DNA of 64,000 bases from Enoplolaimus lenunculus. Lineage: Eukaryota. The first letter of the stretch is position 1; every line of letters begins with the position of its first letter. A program made the position numbers and the translations under genes. This document shows, one piece after another, positions 50,879-64,000 of this stretch. The notes below the pieces were generated by a model. The model saw only the letters and a list, made by a program, of their open reading frames with translations, was not told where the DNA came from and made no database searches. The stretch spans positions 186,001-250,000 of the forward strand of contig JASANG010000245.1 in the NCBI GenBank assembly GCA_030248215.1, given 5' to 3'.

Positions 50879-53800
50879 CTATGACGTATTGGCTAACAGT
50901 TTGACAGAAAATTTACTGACATAATTATCTGCAAAACTTGATATAGACGATATCACAATAAACAGAGCCATTCCTGATTTGAGCCGATACCTGAAATGTA
51001 AAGATATAAAACGGTTATGTAAACACTTCAGGGTACAACCGAAGGTTTGTCTCCTGCTTCGGCAGAAAATCGACCCCCGGCTCCGGTAAATATTCAGCAA
51101 GTTATAGTAAAAGGAATAAACTAAATATCGGAGGTTGATTTTGAGTATAATTTCAAAAATGTTTTAAACTAATTTCAAATGAATGTTAATGAATATTATA
51201 GAAAGTTTCGCCACGAGTTTAAAAATTTTGAATCAAACAGCATAAAAAGCTTCAAATCCAACAGGTACAGAATTAGTAATATTGTAAACTATGTAGAAGA
51301 AATACTCACGGGATACAACAAAAATGGGAAGAGCAAATACTTTTGGCTTCAAACGCTTACATTACGAAAATCAGCATCAATTTCGTCGTTAATGGTATTT
51401 GGTTGTACATTGGTTTTCAATGTTTCAAAAAATCAACGTCTTCAACAAAATTACAAAATAAAATAGCAATTACAGTTTGCACACACTTTACCAGAAAACC
51501 AATCAAACATACCTTTCATTACTTAAGGTTTGATGAAGCGTCCAGGACAAGGGAATCTGGCAGAGAGTATCGCTTTCAATGCATGAATCAAAATATACCT
51601 AAAAGTTAAGTATTTACGTCATGACCAGTGGTGTATCGTATAGTTTTGAACAAGAGCAAACGTACGAGCAACAAGAATACAAACAAAAATAGTACTACAA
51701 AAAATACAAAGAAACATTCTAACTAATTCACTAAGACAAAACTTCTGAACCATGCCAAAAACCCGTAAGTTGTTTTAAATGTTTAGCTTCTAGTTTAGAA
51801 ACTCCTGTTAACTTTAATCGAACATGCCATAAATTTTTTCAAATCCTGCCCGATAAATTTTACCGTTTACAATATTTCGGAACACGACAAATTAGTTACC
51901 TCCAAGTCAGATAAATTATATTGATGATTTGTATCCCATGGAGGATTTGTCGCAAACATCACTGACAATTGTTGCTCAAACCTAAAATATTTCATTACTT
52001 AAACAAACTTGTAACAGAAAATAACAACTACAACAAAGGCTGACGACATTATGTATCCAAACTAATAAAAACACATACATCTACAGAAATCGCTTACGTT
52101 GTACGCTCATCAAAGCTTTGTACGAAATCTGACTCGCCAAATTCTGGATATAAGAACATAGTTGGCCAAACGAGATAGTCATGGCCAGCTTCATTATCGT
52201 GCTCAACATGGACTTCGCATTTGCTCAGCGGCAACTGCTGATCCAATGTCGTGTAGGCAGCAAGAGGTAAATCGACGTGAAGCAGAGATAAATCGAATTC
52301 TTGCCAGTTGTCGCAATTCGGCACCACCAGTTCTCCGGACTCCGTTTGAAAACGAATATTGCTTTTCTACAGCATTTTCAACAACAAATTAGCATTAAGG
52401 CATGTCACACTTCAGTTTATAAAACAGTTTAATAGGTAACACTAAAACTGTTTAAGCACACCAAACAAATTTACTCTATAACGCAGTACATTTACAACAC
52501 TGATACCTGCAAGCACATCACCAACTTCATACTGTCCACATGTTTCTTTTGTTCCACTTTGTCTTGTTTACGTTTGTCCCGTAGTTTAACTTTCTACAAA
52601 ACAAAACCAAGCAGAAAGTGATGCTTGTAAATTTAGGAGTTATTTACAACTAACACAAAAAGCATATCCCAAGAGGACGAGATGATGAAAGCCCGGTAAA
52701 TCACCACAACCATTAGTACAAACGGTAGTTTCAGTAGAAAACAACCCTTTTAAGGACACAATAATTTATTTCCAAAACATGCCACTATTGATTATTTTGT
52801 TTCACGAAGCAAAAATGAACCCGGGCCAACTGATACCGTTTGCAACCCCTAAAGCACATAGGAGCTATTGGTCGCCAAGCATTAAAACTAACCTGCATTT
52901 CAACAGCCTGTTTCTTCAAACCATTCAAATAGCCATTTTCTTCTACGGATGCGTGTAAAACGAATACAAAAACGGTTAAGGAAAGAAAAATAAAACTTTA
53001 TCGAATATTTTTAGTTGCCTTGTCCCCTTACTTAGAGCGTTAACTAATATCAGCCGAATAGGCGAACGCAAACGGCACATATTTTGTGCAATTTTATATA
53101 CTAAAAACAAACCGTTTTATAAAATATTGACATCTTGACGAGAATAATAAAATGGACTCATTATAACGTATATAAATTCTGCGAAATACATAAACCACAA
53201 AACTATCACGTTGAAATTAAAGGATATCAAACGTATGCCATAGTCAATCCATTCTAACAGTAGCTCAGGCTCTTTTAGTTCCATCAAGCATTGAATTCCT
53301 AAAACACATTAGTTAGATTAAAAACATCAGGAAGCATTTGATTCGATTTAGCATGGTACCGTTAGGCTTCGAAAATCGTTGGAATAATTAGTTGCAGTTT
53401 TCATCACGAGAATTGCTAAAAGCATTTTGAAACAATTGTGTATTTTACCAGTAAGCTAACATACGCAAAACAGTCACCTTTCATAACCGCTTTTTTGTGG
53501 TCCATTTTGAACTTCCGAGCCATAAAACAGTCTTTGAACGCTGAACGGAAGTTACCTATAATGCAGCGAACTCAATAAATCTGTATACATATAAAGTGAC
53601 AAAGTAATACATTCTTATTGTTATGTGATATGTACATAGTGCATCATCAGAAATTTCAATTTTAATTTTACTACTACTATTAAAGCTTGACAACCACATC
53701 TGTCTATTTACACAATATCAGACATGTGACGTTAACTGAATGCAAACAAAGTCTTCATAACCGCATTTGAACAGACATTTCACTATAAAATACACATAAC

Positions 53801-54972
53801 CCACCCAGTCGAGCATTAGCAGCTGCTCGATTTGAATAAAGAATAGCGTTTAATCCGGCATCAGCGCATTTTATCTGTAGCCCTTGGGAATACGAGTCGA
53901 TAGCGTATCGGTAATTCCGTTGCTGAAAATGGTTGTTTCCGTCATCTTTGTGCACCATGGCTTTGTCTCCAAATAAAATAAATATTTATTTAAATTACGT
54001 ATAAAACAGTACAAAACATATGAAGGCTAAGATTGGAGTGGCAGTTTTCCATTCATTAGGTCACAGAGCATCGGCACCGGAAATATAGGTAGCAACTAGG
54101 TAGCCCACTGCTACAAGAAATTTTTTCTGAGGATCTGAGCCCACTAAGGCCAACGCGAATGGACTTTACCTTTTTAATCCACGTTACCGATTTCAGATTT
54201 TCTGAAAATTTAAAATTTTAAACAAAATACAGGCAACATTAATTAGCCACAAAACCGTAAAAAATTGCGGTTCCGGCACTTTTAAATGCAGGAATTCCTG
54301 TTGAACCCTTATATGAATATATTTTTCTTTTCTTGGGGTTTAGTTTGTGAAACTTCAAACATCGGGTGTTTTTGGAATGCGGAATAAACTTGCACGCACT
54401 TATGGAACGGCAAATCTAACTCTAGAAGTCATTTAAGCATTTAACTGATTTTTAGTTTAATGCAGCTGAACAAACCTTCCAACGTATCATCGTCGTCATC
54501 GTATTTCATGGCCTGAATTGCAGCTAACGAATCGGGAATCTCCCCGTCTTTCGGCAGCTCTTTAATAAATGCAGGATGATCGAGCAATTCCTAAAAAATA
54601 GCTTACTTAAAAATCAAGGTCAGTAATATATTTGTTTTAGCATCATTAAGAAGCTTTACATGGCAGCCATTTAAACCGATATTTAAGTCTTGTGTAAAAC
54701 CTAATAATTACATAAAAAGTGGGATTTTAGAAACCCTTAATGGTTCTTGCCCGCAGGGCACCTAATTGGTCTTATAAAATACTATCAATTACCCAACTTC
54801 AGCTTGGCAGTTGTAATTTAACTCGTTATGTCTCGCAGCTCTATAACAGTATAACGACCAATTCTATAACAAACAAAATCTCACCAGAAACACTATATTA
54901 GTAACATGGCTTGAAAACAAACAAAAAATAACTAACCTTTTCCCAATTATTAATATCAATGAAATTGGACAT
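50879..54972 (-). CDS. TTC4: TPR co-chaperone TTC4/CNS1/Dpit47, 11 exons, about 385 aa (start exon less certain)
   Basis: Exons on minus: 54972-54937, 54590-54476, 53966-53805, 53555-53478, 53298-53228, 52952-52893, 52593-52507, 52366-52098, 51981-51900, 51598-51513, 50990-50879. Motifs: NWEKELLDHPAF, TPR HKDDGNNHF...LYSNRAAANARLGNFRSA, and the wheel domain WPTMFLYPEFGESDFVQSFDE and PPWD. Confidence 0.92.
52953..53227 (-). other. U12-type AT-AC intron, intron 5 of TTC4, 275 nt
   Basis: Minus strand: ...CGT TTG|ATATCCTTTAA, branch site TTTCCTTAAC (52984-52975), then CGTTTTTGTATTCGTTTTACAC|GCA TCC. The phase-0 join keeps the frame into the next GT-AG exon (KVKLRDKRK). Confidence 0.93.
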
Positions 54973-55296
54973 GTTAAACTTGCACTAATGTTCCCCACGG
55001 TTAGATAAAACTTGGATTTATAAACTCAACTATACGACAATTGAAATCAATGCGCGTGTTTTAAAGAATCGTTTCGAGGAGAAAGATTCTCGACCCTCGA
55101 TGGTTGTTGGTGCTTTCGTCCACGTATGAACTGATTGTTCACTATACATCCTGAGAGCACTATACATCCTCTGAGCATGTGAGACACATTTGTCCTGGTG
55201 TGTATGCAATATATATGCAATGCAAATAGCATAGTATGCTTGCCGGTATCATTCGGTCGACATATAGTCCACGATAGAACCAGTTGGTCACGTGGG

Positions 55297-55365
55297 CTAC
55301 GCGGTGCAGTGATAAAGTGTTCGGTAAGGATCCGTGGCTGAGAGTTCGACCCCCACTCCCATAGG
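55297..55365 (+). repeat. tRNA-derived SINE-like head (same family as 1-420)
   Basis: GCGGTGCAGTGATAAAGTG..TAAGGATCCGTGGCTGAGAGTTCGACCCC; the upstream GGTCGACA.ATAG is also shared with the copy near 120. Confidence 0.55.
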
Positions 55366-56096
55366 CCCACATTCCCAGCTACGTAGTAAAAGGTCTAAAA
55401 TCCCGCTTCCTACCTAAGCCCGTTTTTCAAAAGTGTATAGCACCTATCACCAGTTCGCGATAGGTCTTGCAACTTTCGAAGCAGTGAATGCTTGAACTCA
55501 AAATTAAGCACATTTTTCGCATATGAATTGCTCTCCTTTTGTACTCCAGTACCAATTTTGAGTTAAACAACTGCAATAGTATAGCGAGTTTGAAATCCTA
55601 TTACTAAGTAATTATTGTTCTATACACATTTGAGAAAATGAACCTAAGATTGACACTTCCAACCAACTAGCTAAGCAAATTCCTATCAAATCACATCAAC
55701 TATATGTTAGGAAGAAATAGATAAAAAGGGCAAGACGGTAGGAAAAAATACCAAAACTTCCGAAAAAAGCAATCAGACTTTTTGAGAAAAACATAATTGG
55801 TCGACATTCGTGCTATCATTATCATTCCCAAAATCATCAACCGAAAATAACTTAGCAAGCCGTGCTTTAAATTTAAAAACTACAATTCAGTTTGTATTAT
55901 CATTAGGCGATACGTTTCAAAATCTTCTAACTTGTTCTGTAAAACAACATTTCCTAACTTCAATTCACAGAAACGTATCGCTATTTACATCCTGGACCCC
56001 CAATTTAAGAAATAGAATAGGCTAAATAAAAATCAAAAGAAAAATCAACGAGGCTTGGCAAAAGGTTCTATTCTAGCCCATTAATGACGTAGCAAG

Positions 56097-56326
56097 TGTA
56101 GTTAGGGACTTTATATATTGAGAAAACACAGTGGTTTAAGTTCTCTGTTCTATCAATCCGTTATTCGTTTTGTCAGCTCAAAGGCAAAAACACTGCCCAT
56201 TGAACCATACACGTATAGTTAGGGATTTTATATATTGAGAAAAGACAGTGGTTTCACTTCTCTATTCTATCAATCCGTATTCGTTTTGTCAGCTCAAAGA
56301 TAAAAACACTGCCCATTCAGCCATAA
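56097..56326. repeat. Two approx. 118-bp tandem copies between the divergent TTC4 and NUBP1 genes
   Basis: TAGTT.AGGGA.TTTATATATTGAGAAAA.ACAGTGGTTT...TTTTGTCAGCTCAAAG...AACACTGCCCATT occurs twice. Confidence 0.85.
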
Positions 56327-57490
56327 TAGTCGGTTTTGTGACATGGGATTGCGGATGCATGGAGGCAAAACAAAACCTCACGCTGATGCTGCACATAGGT
56401 TAGAACACTGATGCATATGTAGTGCCTTCATATGCAACAGCAGTAACTCATTGAAGAACCTGGATGCATGAGTGTAGTGTTGAAATTCTTATAAGGCATT
56501 GTAAACCGGCTGTAAAGGAGTTAGGCGTCTCGTGTTCATTGTGTGCAGTTTAGTTGTGCTTCAAGTGCTTGGGAATTACGGCATCAAAAATTCTGGAAAA
56601 TGACAATGTTTTTGTCTTTTGCAATGGCTGTAAAAACTCCCTCAATTTATGAAGACTGGCATTTATAAAATCAAAAAATTGGTTACTAAGTTGGTTAGAT
56701 TCTGTGTTGTTTCTGCGTTACAAATTGCAGTTTTATTTTTGATTAATTTTAGTTGAACGGTACTACTCTTTCACATCAATTTTATAGCAGTAATTTGTGG
56801 TTTGTATATGGATTCATGTACATGCTTCGCAATGTGTTAAAACAAGTTTGTTACCAATGACATTTTGCCAGCCCCCGCACTCGGTGATCCTTCATGCGCC
56901 ACTGTTCGCACTGTTATGTTTTATGGGGATGGTCGCCTTAGTTTTAGAATACGACCCGCCGGCTCGGGCGAGCTTATTAGTTCGACGGACCCGTAAACAT
57001 CAAGCTCGCTAATACGAGCGTTTATTGACACAAAATGAGTAACACGAGTAACAAACAAGTAATGAAACTAGTAGGGACTCGGAGGGTTACCCCACGAGCA
57101 CGGATCTGAACAGATACGTGGCCGAATCGTATAAAGTCAAATTAATGCTCGAAAACCGAAAAAATCCACTTAACTATAAGAAAACTATAAAATTATTATA
57201 AAGACTAGAAAAACGTAATAACTTCAGAAAGCACACCATTTTAGAGATCTCATAATCTAAACTGACTTCTTGGCTGGCTACCGATTCGAAGCATTGAAAT
57301 ATGCAAATTAATCCAATTTGCATATTCGATACTTTGCCGAAACAAGTTTACGCCTCCGCGCAAACAACGGCAATTTCCGAAAACAAGCGCATTACGCGCT
57401 GTTATATCGGAACCGGATCGGGGACCATCCATTACGGAAAGGGTATGTTGTCCAACATGCACATACACCATTGTAACAAGTTGTTGCGAT

Positions 57491-57561
57491 AACCAGATGC
57501 TGTAACGGTAACATACTTGTCTCGAGTACAAAAGGGCCGACGTTCGATTCCCGACGTGGTT
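57491..57561 (+). repeat. tRNA-like pseudogene / SINE head
   Basis: AACCA...TGGTT paired ends, a D-like ATGCTGTAACGGTAACAT, an anticodon-like hairpin TTGT-CTCGAGT-ACAA, and B-box GTTCGATTCC with a weak T stem. Confidence 0.5.
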
Positions 57562-58114
57562 TTAAACTTTGAGTAAAACTTCGAACACTTGTCGTGCAGG
57601 CCGTGAAATTATAATTGGTTCAAAGCTGAACTAAATTATACCGGAATCGGAACGGGAAGTTTACATTGGAATCTAACTAGAAAATTTCAGAGTTCATATT
57701 TTTCTGCAAACGGACCCTATAATTATATGTAAGTAATATTCACCAGGTCAACAGGGATGGACAGTCTCAGTTAAAAAACGAGACCGAGACTGACACCGAG
57801 ACTTGACTACCGAGACTTGACTTCTGCGAAGCCGAATGCACATCTTATTCATGTTTTGATGATAATTTTCAAGCCATATATATAATTCTAGCAGAGTACT
57901 GACATTACCACAGATTATTATGAAACTGAACTGCTGCAGGCAAATTTCGCGCATAATTACAAATAATACGGGCTGGAAGTAGAAACAGTGAAAAGTTCCG
58001 ATACCGATTATATCTCCAATCGGAAACGGAATTGAATTTGAATCGGAACTCTAATCGAAATCGGAATTCTGTTATCACCCCACTTGTAGTTATTACTGTC
58101 GTTAAAGTACGGTT

Positions 58115-60902
58115 ATGATAAATACTCCTGTACCTGAACATTGCCCCGGCACCGATAGTGAATCTGCTGGCAAAGCTGCTCCATGTCAGGGCTGTCCTAA
58201 TCAAAAGATTTGCGCTTCTGGTGTGGCTAGTGCAGGGCAAGATCCAGCTATTGAAGAAATACGCGTCAGATTATCTGGAGTTAAAAGAAAATTGGTTGTG
58301 CTATCTGGCAAAGGTTAGTAAATAGGTTCAACGCTCATTTTATCGTTTGTATTATATCAAATCATTGCAGTCACATTACTTATTTTTCGTTAACTGTGTC
58401 AATTATATTTGTTGCAGCACAACACTTATTTCAGGTATATACCATTAAGCAGTGCGAAACATTAACAAAATTTACAACAAAAAACAAAAACATATAATTT
58501 TAGGTGGAGTTGGTAAAAGCACTGTGGCCTCCATGCTTGTACGAGCAATGGCAAATAATAAAGATGATGCTCAATTTGCTCTACTGGATGTTGATATTTG
58601 CGGCCCATCGCAGCCTATGATGATGGGTGCTGAAGGAGAAACCGTTCATCAGGTACCGTACCTAGTTATTTTTGTCTTTCATTCAAACAAATAAATTGTA
58701 GATGCCGAGCTTCGAGAACGTTATCGTACAACGGATAGCGCACATAAGTGAACGTAATTTTGTGGTATTATGATACAAGTTTTTGCTGGAATTCTTTGTC
58801 CTATGCGCTATGCGCATGGCTTTTGTTAATATTATCTGCATCTCTGGGGTTCTCTCAGCTAGACGCGAGTTTGCAGGGAACAACTGCGAGCTTGTTGGAG
58901 GTGAAATCAGGGGGGAGGTACGAAGAAAAGCAAATTTTGTTGTATATACCTTAAAATTAATTATGTTTCTGTAGTTTGTGTTCTCGCTAGGTATATGTCT
59001 ATCTATTACAGGTGCGCTGCAGCGATTTGGAATTCATGCGCGACGCTAAACATTGCATAAATCACACTTTAAAAACCTACACATTGTAAATTGGTTTTTA
59101 CACATTGTAAATTGGTTTTTACTTGCAGAAGTGGGTGTAAAAAGTTGGGACAACTGGGGCTGAAGGGGTTCGTAGAGTGGAAATATCTCGTTTGCAGCTG
59201 CCCCCCTCGACTAGGATAACCCCAATATCTACTTACAACATATTTTGCTAATTATGGAAAGTTTTCAATGTACGTATATATACACACACATGAGTTTACA
59301 CCCTATTTTTAAGTGCGGAAATGTTTTAGAGTATGGAGGGTTGGTCTCCAGTATTCGTCGAGGACAATGTTGCCTTAATGTCTGTTGGATTTTTGCTCGA
59401 CTCTGTGGATGATGCAGTGGTATGGCGCGGTCCAAGGAAAAACGGTTTAATAAAACAGTTTATGCGCGAAGTCGATTGGGGTAAGAACAAAATTTAATGC
59501 AAGTTTCGTTTTTAATGCTGCTGTAGTTATAATTATACTAGCGTTATGTCCATGCCAAGATTTGTAGATATAATTAGTTTAGCTTGACGTCTGATTATTT
59601 TCATATGAACTAAAACTCAAGTAAAGGTATCTGCATGTATTGGCAAAAAATTTTTTAGCTTTCGAGTCCTCCAATAAACCATATTTTAATATTTTAGTAT
59701 ATTGTTATGTACTGAAAGTCACCATAGGGTTGATTGCTGAAAACACTTGACTACACCCGTGGTCTTTGGCTACATGCCTTGTTATCTTACATATTAGGTT
59801 GTCTTTCATGACTGGTCATTTACTTTTCTATTGTATCTGTAGAATAAAACGTTATTACGATCTACTTGTATGGTGATGGCTTATTATTTCTGGTACAATT
59901 TTCAGAAATTTGTTACTGTTTAGTTAGCAAGTACTTCGTTAAATTTTCAGTATTCAGTGTCTATTCGTACTCAACATTCGGCATGTTTGTTTATTTCAGG
60001 TCAACTTGAATGCATGGTTATCGATACACCGCCAGGTACATCAGACGAACATTTATCAATTTTACAATTATTGTCTGGCGCAAAAGTAGATGGTGCAATA
60101 ATTGTAACTACACCACAAGAAGTGGCATTGCTTGATGTCCGCAAAGAAATCAATTTTTGTAAAAAAGTAAATTTTTAAGTAGCTGTGGTGTAATTATTAG
60201 GTATTATAAAAGAAATATAGACATACAATACGTAGCTGAATGGCAGACTAACTATGGTTATCAATCAAACATTAAATTTATTAAAGGATCACTCGTAAGT
60301 TTCGTTTAAATTTTAGCAGCACTGGTAAAAAATAATAATTGCAATGTAACGTGAGATTTGTTGTCGGTTTTTACAGTTACAGCTATCTGCGCTACATAGC
60401 GCACAATATTGTGTACAGCAAAACACTCAAACCAAATGCTGTGTTGCACAACAGTTTTTTGAATGAAAACTTTTGATATTTTTATGCAAAATTTTAAATT
60501 GAAATTCAAGTTTTATTTTTTAGAACACTGAAGATTGTAAGAGTTGTTTTACTCATTCAACCGACAACCTTAGCCATTTGTAAAATAACAGATGTTATTG
60601 CTTGCTTTTAGATGAAGTTGCCGATATTAGGTGTGGTTGAAAATATGACAACGTTTGTCTGTCCAAAATGCGGCAAAGAATCTGTGATATTTCCTCCAAC
60701 GACCGGTGGTGCTGAAAGGTTATGTCAAGAAACTGGACTGCCTTTACTTGCACAAATACCACTTGATCCTCGGATCGGAAAATGTTGTGATTCAGGCCTG
60801 AACTTTTTTACTGAGTGGCCAACTACTGATGCTGCACAAGTATACAAGAAGCTTGTTTGTGAAATTGCAAATTTGCTTCCATGGTTTGATGCGATAAGCT
60901 AG
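58115..60902 (+). CDS. NUBP1: Cytosolic Fe-S cluster assembly factor NUBP1/Nbp35, 5 exons, 318 aa
   Basis: Exons 58115-58313, 58504-58652, 59330-59480, 60000-60166, 60612-60902. N-terminal CPG..AGK...[11 protein letters not shown]e-S motif (Nbp35-specific), deviant Walker [44 protein letters not shown] and ENM..F.CPKC. Confidence 0.97.
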
Positions 60903-63650
60903 CCATACCGTAACGTAAACCGCGCAAAATTTGAGTTCAGGCGCAGCAAGCGAAATTATTTGTAGCTGAAGACGAGATGAAAGAACTTGTTATTATTTTC
61001 ACTGTATCTATGCACCGCTTAAAAGCTGTACCAGTATTTTCGGTATAAAAAATTTTTCTCATTCGAAATTTTTTTGAAAAATTTGGCATATTATTCTAAA
61101 TTATTTTTTGAAAATTATCTGAGCGTGCATTGCCGTATTTTTAATTTGTGCCATACTCCATAATTTATCATATGTTTCCACCTGCTGCATTTGTTTCAGG
61201 ATTTTGGCATTCTAAATGGTGTGTTTACACTATTACAAGTAATAAAATAGCTTTAAAATGAATTTTTCGGCGACAGTTTGTTGTTTTTCGTGTTCTGGTT
61301 CCGGTATTTTCGTAACTTTCTGGTGCCGATATTTTATAATTACAGTTAATTGCAAGTTAGACTGTTGTACACTCCCCCTTTGTACTACACACATCGTGAA
61401 ACTTAATTGAATTTATCTTGTGCATGTAGTGAGAAATTAAAATTTTAGGAAATTGATATTGACTTGTGGTTGTAGGATATGCTATGATCCGTTGTGTTAA
61501 CTTTTGTAATGTGAAGAGTTCTGTGGAATAGCTTTTAAATCTGCTAGCAGATCATTAACTTAATTTGCGTTGATATGTTTTTGTATTAAAGAAATATGTT
61601 ACTTTGAGGCTCGTGTAACATTAGTATAATCATATTCCTAACTCTACGCCTCAGCGTAACGATGAGTCTGTAACTAAGCCTATGCCAAAAATGGTGTAGA
61701 GCTTAAACTTTAGTATTGAGAAAAAATTGTTCGCTCCAGGGTGTAAACGGATAGTAAAAATAACGGAAAGGGATAGCGATCAAACAAAATAATCGAAACA
61801 GAAAACGGGTATTGAAGTAAAAAGTTTCAGAGACATATTATTTTTCCTGCCAACACTATTAAGGCGTGCAAAAATTCGCGGGGTTTGTAAAATTTTAAAG
61901 AAAAAATGGCAGATGCATCGGAGTTTTTAAGATTGGATGAATTCCGTAATTTTTGTTTCATTCCAAACAATTGCAACATCTATGTAATGAAAATTGCCTG
62001 ATATATACATGATTTATAACTAATTTGAGCATCAAACATAACGGAATTTCCTGTATTTCTATAACAGAAACGAACATCGATTTTTACTGGAAATGGAAAC
62101 GGAAATCCGATTATACCCTGGTTCGCCCTTCGAAGTAGGTATGGCCGTTTCAAATATACAGAAGTAAAATAGAATTGTTCAACTAACTGTGAGCGACAGC
62201 ACTAACGATGGCCATTGCTCAATTTGCGGCGAATATATAAAATACAGCTTCGGTATTAAAATTTTGAAATCCAAATCGCCATTTTAGATACAGGAGTTCA
62301 AGGTATTATAAAAGGCATATGCCAATTCAATGTAGTTTACAGCTTGAAAAACGGAATATGTGTCATGCCGGAAGTTAGAAGCGAGAACAAGTATAGTAAA
62401 TGCTCAATTTGCAAATCTAGCAAATATATGTAAAATGTCAAAAATTTTGCTTTTAGCCTTATTTTTTATAAAATTTCTCAAAATTTTACCAAAAAGTGTC
62501 AAACACGCCGGACGATGCCAGTTTTGTACAACAGAAAAATTACACTGTTCTACTGTAGTGACCCGAAAAGAGGGAGGGTAACTACTTAATTCCGCCCGGT
62601 CTCGGTTTCACTTAAGCTACAGCTCGGTAATATATTTTGAGCAGCGGCTTCTGCATTATATATTTATATCTGGTTGCATCCTGCAAAATTGTTAGTCAAA
62701 TATTGAAACTCATTATACGTGTTTACATTCACAGATTTATCGATTGTAACACGAAAATTGGTCCCGATAGGGGACTTAAATAGAGTAAGCTTTAGACTAT
62801 TTTTTTGCTTGGTTAGGCTTTAAGCTTAATAGGAATATGCTCATTCTCACGCTTAGGCTTGGGAATATGCTTATAAATACTGTTCCGCCACTGTTCTTTA
62901 CATTGGCCACAATTTTGAAAATATATGATCTTGGGTCTCAAAGCAAAAATAAACACTTTGACGGACTGCACCCTAACCTACAGGTCTAAAGAACGACTGG
63001 GTTTTAATAACTGATAGATCTGCAAATAGTAGATTTTATGTTTATAAATAAATAGCAAAAAGAAATAATGGCCCATGTATAGAGCAGGGTTGGAACGTTT
63101 TCCTGCGGGACTGTAATTGAGTAAGCTCAAACGGTAGACATTTTTGATTTAGGCTTAAGCTTTAGGCTAATACACTTAGGCTTACACTAAGGCTTTGGCT
63201 TAGAAATATTCTTATTCTACTGTTCCGGCCATGTTCTCTAAAATGGGCCGCTTTAATTTTATTGTGACAATATTTCCAGTTGTTTTTAAAGCGTTTAATA
63301 TTGCTTTCAAGACCTTACCGTTCACATTGTGCCACTTGCTAAAATTGTCTGTATACAATTCGATTGGCAATTTGATTTTAGTTCCCACAATAATCTTAGC
63401 TGCGTTTAATCTGCTTTAAGTGTTCTTAGCGCTTTGACGTACGTGAAATTTTGAAACATTTTAGTTTACGATTGCAGTATATTTCTTCCTGCTTTTATCG
63501 TTTTTTAGCTTAAGCAGCAAAAGAAACATTGTACATTACCGAAGTACTGACGCTGTATACTCTGCAAGAAATGCTGAGTAAAATCGACTCTCTTTGAAAT
63601 AGGCTTTTCAGGACTACCTACACAAACTGCGCCAAATTAGACTCCGCCAG

Positions 63651-63928
63651 ACTTTAAACAACAAAAAATTCACGCGCTGGACCTCGTCCACGACGAATTA
63701 ACGCTACACTTAATTGCTGGTAAATACCGGCAGCGTAGCGCATCTGCAAGTACCGGACAATTGAATCCGGATCCGGTTCTTCAAAGCGGATATTTGATGT
63801 TCCGGCGACGATTTGACGAACCATGGAAACGGCGTATGTTTTGGCTTAAACGTGGAAGCTTAATGTATTCAAAAGCGTACGAGTGTGACTTGACCAAGTG
63901 TCACTGTGTGGATATTAATGGATTTTCG
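63651..63928 (+). CDS. Exon encoding a PH-domain segment (partial gene; reminiscent of the C-terminal PH of FGD/FARP-type RhoGEFs)
   Basis: Open frame DFKQQKIH...VLQSGYLMFRRRFDEPWKRRMFWLKRGSLMYSK...DINGFS ends at a GTATGC donor. The PH beta1-beta3 pattern (GYL..., WKRR.F.L..., L.Y.K) is present. The 5' boundary is uncertain. Confidence 0.65.
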
Positions 63929-64000
63929 GTATGCAAAAACGGTTTGAGTATGTACATTTAACGAGCTAACATTTCAAAGGTTTCAAAAATTAATCGAATT

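Overview
AT-rich, intron-rich eukaryotic genomic DNA. It is most likely from an early-branching (Enoplea/clade I-type) nematode; this is inferred from TTAGGC repeats, TTTTCAG/TTTTAG acceptors and a nematode-type BBS7 sequence. Hand-splicing gives five complete protein genes: BBS7 (minus, 19 coding exons, 743 aa), a sigma-1 receptor-like gene (plus, 227 aa), RTCA (plus, 365 aa), TTC4/CNS1 (minus, 385 aa) and NUBP1 (plus, 318 aa). A PH-domain exon sits at the right edge. The main finding is two textbook U12-type (minor spliceosome) AT-AC introns among the 44 introns, one in BBS7 and one in TTC4. Both have an ATATCCTTT donor, a TTTCCTTAAC branch site and an identical, long 22-nt T-rich spacer to the terminal AC. 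C. elegans lacks this splicing system. Introns and intergenic DNA are packed with MITEs: about 20 carry telomeric TTAGGC arrays, and there are hAT-, PIF- and piggyBac-type and foldback elements, some nested. There are also tRNA-like SINE heads, a 30-bp satellite and a triplicated exon end. All coordinates were counted by hand.
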